Below are positions 49,001 through 58,579 of a stretch of 64,000 nucleotides of DNA, piece after piece. The notes under the pieces were generated by a model. That model was not told where the DNA came from, did no database searches, and worked only from the letters and a program-made list of their open reading frames with translations. The position numbers and the translations under genes were made by a program. The stretch spans positions 165,676 through 229,675 of IMG/VR virus record IMGVR_UViG_3300013093_000017; one strand, given 5' to 3'. Position 1 is the first letter of the stretch; every line of letters begins with the position of its first letter.

Positions 49001-52000
49001 GTATCTACACAGACATTTGATCTATCTAATCCGGGATCAGATATTTCAACAGCAACGATTGAACAATTATTCAACACTGTTACTAATATATTAACTAATG
49101 GCACTGTGGGAATTACTAATCAAATAATTTCAAATAGTACAGCTTCTAGCGACCTTGGAATTATTAATGCATTTACTCTTGTACAGGCAAATAAACAGTT
49201 TATTGAAGACGAAGTAATAGCCTATGTTGATAGTCTTAATCCGTCATTTGTCTACGATCAAGTTAAATGTTCTAGAGATACTGGCTTAATTGTTAAAGCA
49301 CTAGCACAAGATTTAATGTTTAGTGGGAACAGTCAAAGTACATTTGCAGGATTACAATATTGGAATCAAAATGGTTACGTTGGCGCTATTTCAAATGAAT
49401 TAACCACTACAACCAATGCAATTACCTATATTAGAGATCTAGCAATTAAAGTAATAACATTAGATACTAGCGGAACACGCTATCAAACAGCCGTAGGTCA
49501 ATGGACCACAGGCACAGCCGCTACTATAGCTGAAACACAATCAGTTTATGACGACTTTAATCTAATCCTTGACATTATTACCAACGGAACAGCTAATGTA
49601 ACTGATAGAATTGTTTCTAATAGCCTAACTACCAGCACTAATGCTAATGTATTAAATGCTTATGCCTTATTAGAAGAGAATAAAGCATATTTACAAGCAG
49701 AAGCCATTGCTTTTGTTGAAGCCAGCAAGGCATTTGGCTTTGTTTATGATCCAGGTAAATGCAGTCGCGATATAGGTTACATGGTTGATAGCATTTCATT
49801 CGACTTATTATACGGTGGAAATAGACAGGCTATTCAAAGCGGTGTTTATTATTACGGCTTCTCCAATACTGCTACGCAAGTGCCAAATGAACAGGCACAG
49901 GTAAGTGCTGCCTACGATTATATTAAGACTCTAGCTTCATATATTGTTACTGGACAGCGTGTTCCTACACAATATCAAAGTATTGTTCCGCAGATTATTT
50001 CTGCAACTACAGGCACAGGATATCAAGCATCTTTAATTAACACTAACATTGATACTATTGTTAGCATTGTAAATGGTGGACCTACACTAGCAGGAACTCC
50101 GAGTCCGATATCATTAACTACATCGGGTGATATACACGATATTAATGCAGCAATGTTGTTAGATGCCAACATGGCGTTTATTCAAGCGGAAGTAATTGCG
50201 TATATTAACTATCTATATCCTACAGGATTTACCTACGATAGAACCAAATGTCGTAGAGATGTTGGTTATATTTTAGATTGTGTATGTTTTGATTTATTAA
50301 ACGGCGGTAATAGACAAAGTATTCAAGCAGGTGTATATTATTATGGATTTAACACATCATCTAGTGTATTAACCTACGAAATAGCACAGATAACGGCTGC
50401 GTACAATCATATCAAAACAATTGCTAACAATATTGTACAAAATATTCCAATAACTCCGACCTCTGGAAATACATATTCACAGGTCACATTAGGATCTACT
50501 GCTACTATTGCTGAAGCTGAATACATTGCCAGCGACATTGATATTATCACTGATATTATTAACACAGGTGATATTGATTTCTATCCTAAGACACCTATTA
50601 GTTTAACCGCAAGTGTTGATGCTAATATAGTTGCTACCTACGATCTACTATTAGCCAACAGAGAATTCATACAAAATGAATTAATTGCCTACATCAATTA
50701 TTATTTCGTTCAACCATTTGTGTATAATAAAGAAAAATGCGCACGTGATACTAAACTAATTGTTGATTCTATTGCACTTGACATATTATACGAAGGTAGT
50801 TCACAAAGTTCATTTGCTGCATTACAATATTGGAACCAATCTGGATACACCGGAGCGATTGCTAGTGAATTAACAACTACAACTAATGCTATAATCTATG
50901 CTAAAGGTCTAGTACAATCATACATTGTTACTCCAGATGAAAGTGATCAAGTTGGACATTTATTCGATACTATTGTAAATGTTATTACACAAGTGACCAC
51001 AGGCACTACTGATTTAATAGTTCCTAATGGTTTACCATCACCGGTTGTCTCAGTAAATAATGCTTATGCCGCAATTATAGCAAATAAGAGCGTGATACAA
51101 CAACAAACAGTTGATTATGTAAATGCTACTAACCCAGGTTTCGTTTATAATACATCAACCTGCTATAGAGATGTTGGCTACATTATAGATTGTGTGGCAT
51201 TTGACCTATTACACACTGGAAATAGACAAAGTATTCAAGCAGGAGTTTATTATTTCAGCTTTAACGGAACATCTAACCTAGTTGATACAGTCAGTGGCAA
51301 TCCTGAAATCCCACAATCTACTGCGGCCTACACCTATTTGAAATATCTAATGAAACAGGTGTTATTAAACAATCCAATAACACGCAGTTATCAAGTAGTT
51401 TATCCTCAGGTAATTATTCCAGCATATATGGGAATGGCCACTGTTATTCCTGGCGAACAAAATATTACAGTTGATGCTATTCACTATCTAAACGATTTAA
51501 GTTTAAATGTAATTAGTAATACTTCTGTACCTGTGGTACGTTCATCAACTGCACAGACTATGTACCCTAATTTTGAAGGCGGTGCTTATGCAGGTCCGGG
51601 TATAACTAGAAATTACAATACCATTGCCGATATTATTCAAAATGGACCAAATGTAGCACCAGTACCGTTTGCTGGCAGTGGATTATTTGCTACCACAGGT
51701 GTTAGTTCAGACGATGTACGACAAAGTCCAACAGTTATTGCCCTATCTACAGTGACAACTGGCACATATTTGGTAACATTGTCGGGGTCAACTGTAGGTG
51801 ATTCGCAAAACGGTACATTGTATTTTGGTAAAACTGAGGTTTATCCAGCACAAGATGCAGATGTACCCGACGAATGGGCACAACGTCGCGTTGATGTATT
51901 AGGTTCTATGGGCGGTGCACTGGTAGATGGTGCTGTAGTAAGTGCTCGTTCACCGATTCAGTCATTCGTATTTGACGCATATACTCAGGTTAACCAAGGC

Positions 52001-53524
52001 GGACGTGGGGTATATGTTACAAATAACGGCTACGCACAGTTAGTATCTGTGTTTACAATTTTCTGTTCAACTGCGGTACAGGTTGACAACGGTGGCATTT
52101 GTTCTATTACTAACTCTAACAGTAACTTCGGTGATCAATGTTTGGTGGCTAAAGGATATGGCAAATTAGAATTTAGTGGTACAGTGTTCAATCCTCCTTA
52201 TCCAAGTTACCAGCCAAACGGTCAATATTATCCGAATGGTTACTATCCTAAGAATGGTGTAGCGGAAATCTTCTTGCCAGATACTGCTAATCGTCCGCAT
52301 ATTGGTTTGGTAATGGAAATTGAACCGCCATTAGGTCATATTAACGAACAAGGTTATCCAGGATTCTTAAATGCTGCACCATCGTTGGCAACATTAACTA
52401 CAGGAACTATCACAATTGATGGTATTGACACAACAGGTATTGCTGTGGGTAATAGAGTAGACATCCGTGATCAATACGGCAACACCTATTATGTTGCCGA
52501 TGGCACAACAGTAGTTGATGTTAATTACCAAAGCATCACATTGAACAAAGGATTGATCAGTGGCGGCGGTGATCCAACTAATAGTAATTACTTTAACTTA
52601 TATTTCTCTGGCAATGCTTACTATACTGTACTGTCTAGTCAACTATCTGAAGCATATAATACAGGAACTAATGCTACTGTTATTCCTTCGGATCAAATAG
52701 GCCCAGAATTAGATGCATTAGCCTTCTTAAGAGATTCTAGTCTAGGAAATGTATTAGTAGGTGCTAGTGTTGATCCTAGCTCAATAACGTTTATTGACAA
52801 TAGTATTAACACAATTATCAGTATTGTAGGGGCAAGTGACCTAACTGCGGCACGTGCGGTTGTTCCAGCGCCATCTAAAGTAGGAACACCACCGAGTGGC
52901 GCAAGTCTAGCGATTACAACTATTAATAATAACATTGAAGCAATAGTAACTGCTACGATTGCCCACGTTGTGACCACATTCCCTGATATTAGTTTACCTA
53001 CAGGACTAGGAGCACCAACTGATTTAACCACCTATCTAACAAATAAATGTGCTAGAGATATTAGATTAGTCCTAAGACAACTAGTATACGATCTAGAAAC
53101 AGGTGGCAACTACTATTCAGCCTATGCTGGATTAAGTTATTGGATTCGTACAGGCACACATCACATCGTTGATCTTGGGGAAGCAGTTAATAATACTGCA
53201 CTATTCCCAGATGGCGCTATTGTAAACTTCTATCAACGTAGTTACATCAGTGCATCAGGATACTTGTTTGAGTATGTTGGTGCTGGAACTAACTATGGAG
53301 CACTACCTCAACGCGGAGTGGCTGATCCTGTACAAACCAAAGAAGTAATACAGTTAAATAATGGTAAGGTGTTCTTTACGTCAACAGACCAAAACGGTGA
53401 CTTTAGAATTGGTCCAGGATTAGTAGTAAGTCAAGCAACTGGTGTATTATCAGGACGCACATTTACTAAATCATTATTTGCAAACTTAACGCCATTCATA
53501 TTGGCAATTGAAGGCGGAGGCTAA
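46100..53524 (+). CDS. Giant virion protein: pectin-lyase-like beta-helix interrupted by ten helical phycobiliprotein/globin-like repeats
   Basis: YVTMDGNDTNDG...IRVSSGHYYE...IIGDDLRTT beta-helix cap; ten (C/W)xRDxxxxxxxxxxDxxxxG repeats; GAGGAG RBS. Confidence 0.75.
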   Translation: MAIGRISGPLLSKNLLRDGVDLAFETDLLYLDVTDGRIGIRKSNPAYELDVNGTINANNLRVTYTGPGTGSATLGKLTINSGTISTTVGPVTIQPSGNDKINLVGDTTVTGNLHATGNITSDGDITIGDNANIDNVVFNAEIKSNIIPAATGLYTLGNENNSWATTYADTVVANALSSRGNIEITPHGGLLEINSDIRVSGKNPIGTAPVVTNVLYVTMDGNDTNDGRAQDPSRACKTISGAVRSPYYRPGTLIRVSSGHYYENNPILMQPNTAIIGDDLRTTSIEPINKTQDLFHVQSGCYLAQMQFLNGRSGLLPGPYVPGTNRGAFAVAFPPSVNGKKLDVYQSPYIQNCTNQSGPWLIDGTVFVPNQTIQVPTGVGMTQFEANTNTITVTVSEGVIKLGDNVISGPQDPGFFNARTLLLANIPFIEDQAITYINDLVLTATNTNDIGNPFYNFKYEQSKWSRDLGLIIQNIAYDATFGGNQKSVESGLAYYNGVVNLIEGQQTQFTTAINYVNTLSQAIIQNIAVTPVSTATTQVINTALVNGVIASDEINAGISIITNIINNGPGVAPAVFNSCGPENPSVSAEILLQANRTFLQEEVTAYVDAQYPTFEYKKDYCYRDVGLIVDAVSQDIIVGGNTKSIEAALSYFTGSKGDSSVAEQAITSNIELIKNIIVNGSATAPTPISGPNQGTGFSNAADLLTKNKLFLQSEISAYVRTIITLTPQQEALCYRDLGLIVDALSADTGAGGNVNSIYAALQYFSGMTNILPSNEITPLAQALDYMVTLCANIVKNTQNTNLYQKLISQVISLPVASLAEYNSAAANIDLITDIITVGPSAAPTDVPISLSMSTATTAYNAFRILTENKDFLSAEVTGYIDSVFGGGFNYNTGTCFRDTGLIVDSLAFDLLYQGNTQAIFAGSQYYNQSTYTGQIGRELTTTTNAIKYAKMLAELVAVNSTVTNLQAVSTQTFDLSNPGSDISTATIEQLFNTVTNILTNGTVGITNQIISNSTASSDLGIINAFTLVQANKQFIEDEVIAYVDSLNPSFVYDQVKCSRDTGLIVKALAQDLMFSGNSQSTFAGLQYWNQNGYVGAISNELTTTTNAITYIRDLAIKVITLDTSGTRYQTAVGQWTTGTAATIAETQSVYDDFNLILDIITNGTANVTDRIVSNSLTTSTNANVLNAYALLEENKAYLQAEAIAFVEASKAFGFVYDPGKCSRDIGYMVDSISFDLLYGGNRQAIQSGVYYYGFSNTATQVPNEQAQVSAAYDYIKTLASYIVTGQRVPTQYQSIVPQIISATTGTGYQASLINTNIDTIVSIVNGGPTLAGTPSPISLTTSGDIHDINAAMLLDANMAFIQAEVIAYINYLYPTGFTYDRTKCRRDVGYILDCVCFDLLNGGNRQSIQAGVYYYGFNTSSSVLTYEIAQITAAYNHIKTIANNIVQNIPITPTSGNTYSQVTLGSTATIAEAEYIASDIDIITDIINTGDIDFYPKTPISLTASVDANIVATYDLLLANREFIQNELIAYINYYFVQPFVYNKEKCARDTKLIVDSIALDILYEGSSQSSFAALQYWNQSGYTGAIASELTTTTNAIIYAKGLVQSYIVTPDESDQVGHLFDTIVNVITQVTTGTTDLIVPNGLPSPVVSVNNAYAAIIANKSVIQQQTVDYVNATNPGFVYNTSTCYRDVGYIIDCVAFDLLHTGNRQSIQAGVYYFSFNGTSNLVDTVSGNPEIPQSTAAYTYLKYLMKQVLLNNPITRSYQVVYPQVIIPAYMGMATVIPGEQNITVDAIHYLNDLSLNVISNTSVPVVRSSTAQTMYPNFEGGAYAGPGITRNYNTIADIIQNGPNVAPVPFAGSGLFATTGVSSDDVRQSPTVIALSTVTTGTYLVTLSGSTVGDSQNGTLYFGKTEVYPAQDADVPDEWAQRRVDVLGSMGGALVDGAVVSARSPIQSFVFDAYTQVNQGGRGVYVTNNGYAQLVSVFTIFCSTAVQVDNGGICSITNSNSNFGDQCLVAKGYGKLEFSGTVFNPPYPSYQPNGQYYPNGYYPKNGVAEIFLPDTANRPHIGLVMEIEPPLGHINEQGYPGFLNAAPSLATLTTGTITIDGIDTTGIAVGNRVDIRDQYGNTYYVADGTTVVDVNYQSITLNKGLISGGGDPTNSNYFNLYFSGNAYYTVLSSQLSEAYNTGTNATVIPSDQIGPELDALAFLRDSSLGNVLVGASVDPSSITFIDNSINTIISIVGASDLTAARAVVPAPSKVGTPPSGASLAITTINNNIEAIVTATIAHVVTTFPDISLPTGLGAPTDLTTYLTNKCARDIRLVLRQLVYDLETGGNYYSAYAGLSYWIRTGTHHIVDLGEAVNNTALFPDGAIVNFYQRSYISASGYLFEYVGAGTNYGALPQRGVADPVQTKEVIQLNNGKVFFTSTDQNGDFRIGPGLVVSQATGVLSGRTFTKSLFANLTPFILAIEGGG

Positions 53525-53535
53525 GAGGAAAGATT

Positions 53536-53931
53536 ATGGCATTAATACCATTAAACACGTTTAAAACAAAAACAGCGATATTACAAGGTGATTGGACCTA
53601 CGGAACAACCGCCACGGTATATACAGCACCAATTGGCGTTACATCAATTATATTAATGACACAGGTAGCTAATGTTAGCACACAGACTCATACAGTTACA
53701 TTTGCTCATTCAAGAAATTTTCCAATATTTGCCGATGCACAAGGTAATGGAGCTCAACCAGCAGGTGTAGTTACTGAATTGATACAACAATTTGCTATTC
53801 CGACTAATGATGCGGCTAGTCTAACCACTGGTAAAATGATTATTGAAAGTCTTGACAGTGTAATTTGTTATGCAGATGCAGATGGTGTAATGAAATTAAC
53901 TATGAGTATCTTGGAGACAGCTAATGCCTAG
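53536..53931 (+). CDS. Small virion structural protein
   Basis: TVYTAPIGVTSIILMTQVAN motif; GAGGA RBS. Confidence 0.6.
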   Translation: MALIPLNTFKTKTAILQGDWTYGTTATVYTAPIGVTSIILMTQVANVSTQTHTVTFAHSRNFPIFADAQGNGAQPAGVVTELIQQFAIPTNDAASLTTGKMIIESLDSVICYADADGVMKLTMSILETANA

Positions 53932-56900
53932 TTTAATTAGCGGCCGCACACTTGTTACCAGCGCGCCGAATCTACAAGATAGCCGCTATCAATTCCTAAA
54001 TCTAGCCCAAGCACAACCTGCGCTTGGCCCTACTCCTTCAACTAGCACAGGATATACTCTAGTTGCTGGACCAAACGGCTCGGTAGCCTACACAAATAGT
54101 TTAGGAAATTTAATATTCTCAACAGGTACTATTAGTACAAACTTACCTAATGAAAATATAACATTAGTTACAACCGGCACAGGCATTATACAATTATCGT
54201 CTAGTCTAGTAAGTGTTGATGTTGCAATGACATTTACCAATGTATCAGGGTATATAGATCTAGGCGGTCGCCCTAGTTATCGTATTCCAAATTACTACGA
54301 AGGCATCACTCCACCAGATAACACACAGTTCTGGGCAGGCGACCAATGGTATGATCAGGTTAATGATGTCTTATATGAATACACCTTAGACGACAGCGGC
54401 CCGTCGTGGGTAGATATTACAGGTCCGTTCTTTAGTACATCAGTATCAAACGGATTTATAGGCAGTGGTGGCGGAGGCAGCGGCAATGGATATACCGGAT
54501 CTAAAGGTGATGTAGGTCCAAGTGGTGGATATACTGGCTCACGAGGTAGTCAAGGATATTATGGAAGTCGAGGTTACATAGGTAGTATCGGTACAGGTTA
54601 CCAAGGTAGTCAAGGTACTACTGGATATACGGGTAGTTTTGGAAATCAAGGATACACAGGTAGCCGAGCATATACTGGTAGTACTGGTTATGTTGGATCA
54701 CAAGGTATATCAGGATACTACGGTAGCCAAGGAACATTAGGTTATACTGGCAGTCGCGGCTTTACCGGCAGCACAGGTTATGTCGGATCACAGGGCATTA
54801 CTGGATACACAGGCAGTTTGGGATATGTAGGTAGCCGCGGTTACACAGGTAGTCGAGGTGACACAGGGTATACCGGTAGTCAAGGTGCTATGGGATATAC
54901 TGGTAGTCTGGGATATTTCGGTAGTCAAGGATACACCGGAAGCCAAGGCATTACAGGATATATTGGTTCACAAGGCCTTCAAGGATATTTCGGAAGCCAA
55001 GGATATTTCGGAAGCCAAGGCTACACTGGATCGCAAGGTATTCAAGGTATTCAAGGTAACACGGGATTTAATGGTAGCTTTGGTTACACAGGTAGTCGAG
55101 GCATTACTGGATACTACGGATCGCAAGGTATTGTAGGGTTTACTGGATCACAGGGCTATTTTGGTAGTCAAGGGTATTTTGGTAGTCGAGGAGTTACAGG
55201 ATTTGATGGTAGTCAAGGGGTTATCGGCTATACCGGATCACAGGGCTACACCGGATCACAGGGATTCTTTGGATCACAAGGAGTGGTTGGATTTAACGGT
55301 AGCCGTGGCGACCTTGGATACACTGGTAGTCAAGCGTATACTGGTAGTATAGGCTTTGTCGGTAGTCAAGGCACTGTTGGATATAATGGATCACTTGGTG
55401 GCATCGGATATGCTGGTAGTATTGGATATACTGGATCACAAGGGGTAGTAGGATATGTTGGCTCGCAAGGTGACCTCGGCTATGCTGGTAGTATTGGATA
55501 TACTGGATCACAAGGGGTAGTAGGATATGTTGGCTCGCAAGGTGACATCGGATATGTAGGTAGCTTAGGATATGCGGGCAGTGTCGGATATGTCGGTAGC
55601 CAAGGGCTTGGATATACAGGAAGCCAAGCGTATACTGGTAGCATAGGTTTTGTTGGTAGTCAAGGAATTATTGGGTATACTGGTAGTATTGGTGGCATTG
55701 GATATACAGGTAGTATCGGGTACACTGGTAGTCAAGGCACACTTGGTTATTTTGGTAGCTATGGGTATACAGGTAGTGTCGGATATACAGGCAGTCGTGG
55801 GTATACTGGCAGCATTGGCTATGTAGGCAGCATTGGCTACGTAGGTAGTTCAGGAGCATTTGGTGCTATTGGATTTACTGGAAGTCAAGGTAATATTGGA
55901 TATGTAGGCAGCATCGGATATGTAGGTAGTCAAGGACTTGGTTATGCTGGTAGTGTAGGTATTGGGTACACAGGTAGTCTAGGCTATGTTGGTTCAATAG
56001 GATATACCGGAAGTCAGGGTATTACTGGTTATGTTGGATCATTCGGTAGTCAAGGTATAATTGGTTACGTCGGAAGTATTGGTTATGTAGGTAGCACAGG
56101 ATCGTTTGGTGCAATTGGATTTACAGGTAGTACTGGTTATGTTGGCAGTCAAGGCATTACTGGTTACACAGGTAGTACCGGAGCCGCAGGTGCGGGCGGA
56201 TACCTAGGTAGTATCGGCTATACCGGTAGTCAAGGTGCTACGGGATATCTCGGTAGTCAAGGTAATATTGGCAATATAGGATATGCAGGTAGTCGCGGAG
56301 TAACTGGATTTAATGGTAGTCAAGGCTCTATTGGATATTCGGGTAGTATCGGCTATACTGGTAGTGCAAGTACTGTACAGGGACCAACGGGATATACAGG
56401 CAGCGGAAGCGCCTCGGTGTCAGCAACACCGACCTCAATTGGTAGTGTTTATGCCTATACAACCTCAACCCGAAACAATACCGCATTAGGCTACTGTGCC
56501 GGCAATACAACAATGGTCGGTCGTAGTAATGTTGCTATTGGATACGGAGCTTTGGGTGTAAACACCTATGGTTCCAATAATATAGCAATGGGCTGTTTTG
56601 CATTAACATTTAATACCGCTGGATGTGCCAATGTCGCATTAGGATACAGTGCAATGCACGACAACTGCTACGGTGGATGTAATATTGCCCTAGGATGGCA
56701 GGCTTTATATGCTAATCAAACTGGTTGCAATAATATTGCAATTGGATGTACAGCATTAGTTAATGCAAATAATACTGGAACTAACATTGGTATAGGTGCT
56801 GCTGCTGGTATTAATATTACAACTGGTATTAATAATACTGTTATTGGTTCATTACCAGCCGCTGCTGGTTGTGTATGTACAGTATTAATTGGTGCAGGTA

Positions 56901-58576
56901 CCTGTGAACGTATACTTGTAAATGACAGCGGTATGACCATCAATGGATTATACACTGTAAGTACAGCATCGGCTGTAGTAGCAGCTACTCCAACAGTATT
57001 AGGTACTGTTTACGCTTATACTCCAAGTACTTACGGTAATGTATTTGTCGGTTATTGTGCCGGTAATAATACAGTAACTGGCGGCGGCAATATTGCCCTA
57101 GGAGGTGCTTCACTTAGAAATGTCACAACCGGCGGTAACAATATTGCCATCGGTGGTAGTGGTACACTTTGCAGTCTTAACATAGGTAGCAATAATATTG
57201 CTATCGGGTCTCACACATTATCTGCAACTACTAGCAGTTATGCTAACATAGCAATAGGACATGGGTCATTGTCCTGTAACTCTACAGGACAATGTAATAT
57301 TGCTTTGGGGTGTAGCCTTTATTATAATACCTACGGCAATAATAACATTGCAATGGGAGCTGGGGCATTGTTCTGTAACTCTACAGGCACTAACAACTTT
57401 GCAGCAGGGTGGGATAGTTTAAAATCAAATTTATCCGGCTGCGATAACATTGCAATCGGCTATAACGCAAACAGTAACGGTGGTGGCTCGTGTAATATCG
57501 CACTCGGAGCTAATGCACTTGGTGGTATTTGCTTCACAAGCACAAACAATATCGGTATTGGTGCGTGTACCTTAGCTAATCCGTTTGGCGGCGCTGGATC
57601 TTGCAACATTGCAATCGGGTGCTATGCATTTGGTTGCTTAACTGGTGGGTTTGGTAATAATATTGGTATTGGTGTATGTGCAGGGTATGGTATTAATAAC
57701 GGTGGGAATAATACTGTTATTGGTAATCTAGTAGGAGGCTGTACTTGCCAATATACTGTATTAATCGGCGCAGGTACATGTGAACGTATTCGTGTTGATA
57801 ACAGCGGATTATATATTAACGGAACAATATTTACAGCAGGCGGCGGATACACAGGTAGTGTTGGTTATATTGGATCAGCAGGCTCTGCAGGAACAAATGG
57901 ATATACCGGTAGTACTGGTTACGTAGGATCACAAGGTATAGGCTATGCTGGTAGTATCGGGACCGGATATACCGGCAGTGCGAGTACCGTACAAGGACCA
58001 CTTGGATATACTGGTAGTATCGGCTACGCAGGTAGCATTGGATATGTAGGCAGTGCTAGTAGCATAATTGGTTACACTGGTAGTAGTGGTGCTGCATCCT
58101 ATCAAGGATATACTGGATCACAAGGTATTGGATACGTGGGCAGTATTGGATATGTAGGTAGCACAGGTCCGGGAGTATCAACTTCTACTAATATGCAGGT
58201 TAATAGCCTAGGTGTTGGAGTAGTAGCATCGGGAACAACTGGCGAAATACGTGCTACCAATGCCATTACTTCTTACTACTCAGATGAAAGATTGAAGACT
58301 AACCTCGGTAACATACCTAATGCACTAGACAAGTTATTAACATTAGATGGGTTCTACTATGAAGCCAATCAACTAGCACAGACATTAGGCTATGCAGTTA
58401 AACGAGAAGTAGGTATATCAGCACAACAGGTGCAAAAAGTATTGCCAGAAGTAGTAACGCCGGCACCGATTGATAGTCAATACCTAACTGTGTATTATGA
58501 AAGATTAGTGCCATTGTTGATAGAAGCAATTAAAGAATTGAAAGCAGAAGTTGATCAATTAAAAGGAAAGAATTAA
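53924..58576 (+). CDS. Tail fibre: collagen-like Gly-X-Y stalk, Cys-rich N-x-A-x-G beta-roll modules and C-terminal intramolecular chaperone (peptidase S74-like)
   Basis: Long GY(T/V)GS(Q/I/R) triplet run; NIAIG repeats; YSDERLKTN...GISAQQVQKVLPE...YERLVPLLIEAIKEL. Confidence 0.85.
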   Translation: MPSLISGRTLVTSAPNLQDSRYQFLNLAQAQPALGPTPSTSTGYTLVAGPNGSVAYTNSLGNLIFSTGTISTNLPNENITLVTTGTGIIQLSSSLVSVDVAMTFTNVSGYIDLGGRPSYRIPNYYEGITPPDNTQFWAGDQWYDQVNDVLYEYTLDDSGPSWVDITGPFFSTSVSNGFIGSGGGGSGNGYTGSKGDVGPSGGYTGSRGSQGYYGSRGYIGSIGTGYQGSQGTTGYTGSFGNQGYTGSRAYTGSTGYVGSQGISGYYGSQGTLGYTGSRGFTGSTGYVGSQGITGYTGSLGYVGSRGYTGSRGDTGYTGSQGAMGYTGSLGYFGSQGYTGSQGITGYIGSQGLQGYFGSQGYFGSQGYTGSQGIQGIQGNTGFNGSFGYTGSRGITGYYGSQGIVGFTGSQGYFGSQGYFGSRGVTGFDGSQGVIGYTGSQGYTGSQGFFGSQGVVGFNGSRGDLGYTGSQAYTGSIGFVGSQGTVGYNGSLGGIGYAGSIGYTGSQGVVGYVGSQGDLGYAGSIGYTGSQGVVGYVGSQGDIGYVGSLGYAGSVGYVGSQGLGYTGSQAYTGSIGFVGSQGIIGYTGSIGGIGYTGSIGYTGSQGTLGYFGSYGYTGSVGYTGSRGYTGSIGYVGSIGYVGSSGAFGAIGFTGSQGNIGYVGSIGYVGSQGLGYAGSVGIGYTGSLGYVGSIGYTGSQGITGYVGSFGSQGIIGYVGSIGYVGSTGSFGAIGFTGSTGYVGSQGITGYTGSTGAAGAGGYLGSIGYTGSQGATGYLGSQGNIGNIGYAGSRGVTGFNGSQGSIGYSGSIGYTGSASTVQGPTGYTGSGSASVSATPTSIGSVYAYTTSTRNNTALGYCAGNTTMVGRSNVAIGYGALGVNTYGSNNIAMGCFALTFNTAGCANVALGYSAMHDNCYGGCNIALGWQALYANQTGCNNIAIGCTALVNANNTGTNIGIGAAAGINITTGINNTVIGSLPAAAGCVCTVLIGAGTCERILVNDSGMTINGLYTVSTASAVVAATPTVLGTVYAYTPSTYGNVFVGYCAGNNTVTGGGNIALGGASLRNVTTGGNNIAIGGSGTLCSLNIGSNNIAIGSHTLSATTSSYANIAIGHGSLSCNSTGQCNIALGCSLYYNTYGNNNIAMGAGALFCNSTGTNNFAAGWDSLKSNLSGCDNIAIGYNANSNGGGSCNIALGANALGGICFTSTNNIGIGACTLANPFGGAGSCNIAIGCYAFGCLTGGFGNNIGIGVCAGYGINNGGNNTVIGNLVGGCTCQYTVLIGAGTCERIRVDNSGLYINGTIFTAGGGYTGSVGYIGSAGSAGTNGYTGSTGYVGSQGIGYAGSIGTGYTGSASTVQGPLGYTGSIGYAGSIGYVGSASSIIGYTGSSGAASYQGYTGSQGIGYVGSIGYVGSTGPGVSTSTNMQVNSLGVGVVASGTTGEIRATNAITSYYSDERLKTNLGNIPNALDKLLTLDGFYYEANQLAQTLGYAVKREVGISAQQVQKVLPEVVTPAPIDSQYLTVYYERLVPLLIEAIKELKAEVDQLKGKN
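55409..55546 (+). repeat. 72-bp tandem duplication (66 bp identical) in the collagen-like region
   Basis: TATGCTGGTAGTATTGGATATACTGGATCACAAGGGGTAGTAGGATATGTTGGCTCGCAAGGTGAC at 55409 and 55481. Confidence 0.9.
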
Positions 58577-58579
58577 GAT

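Noticed and set aside
54480-56400. Ice-nucleation protein or CRISPR-like array
   Set aside because: Periodicity is Gly every 3 residues rather than the AGYGSTxT octapeptide, and the DNA repeats are degenerate at third codon positions with no unique spacers.
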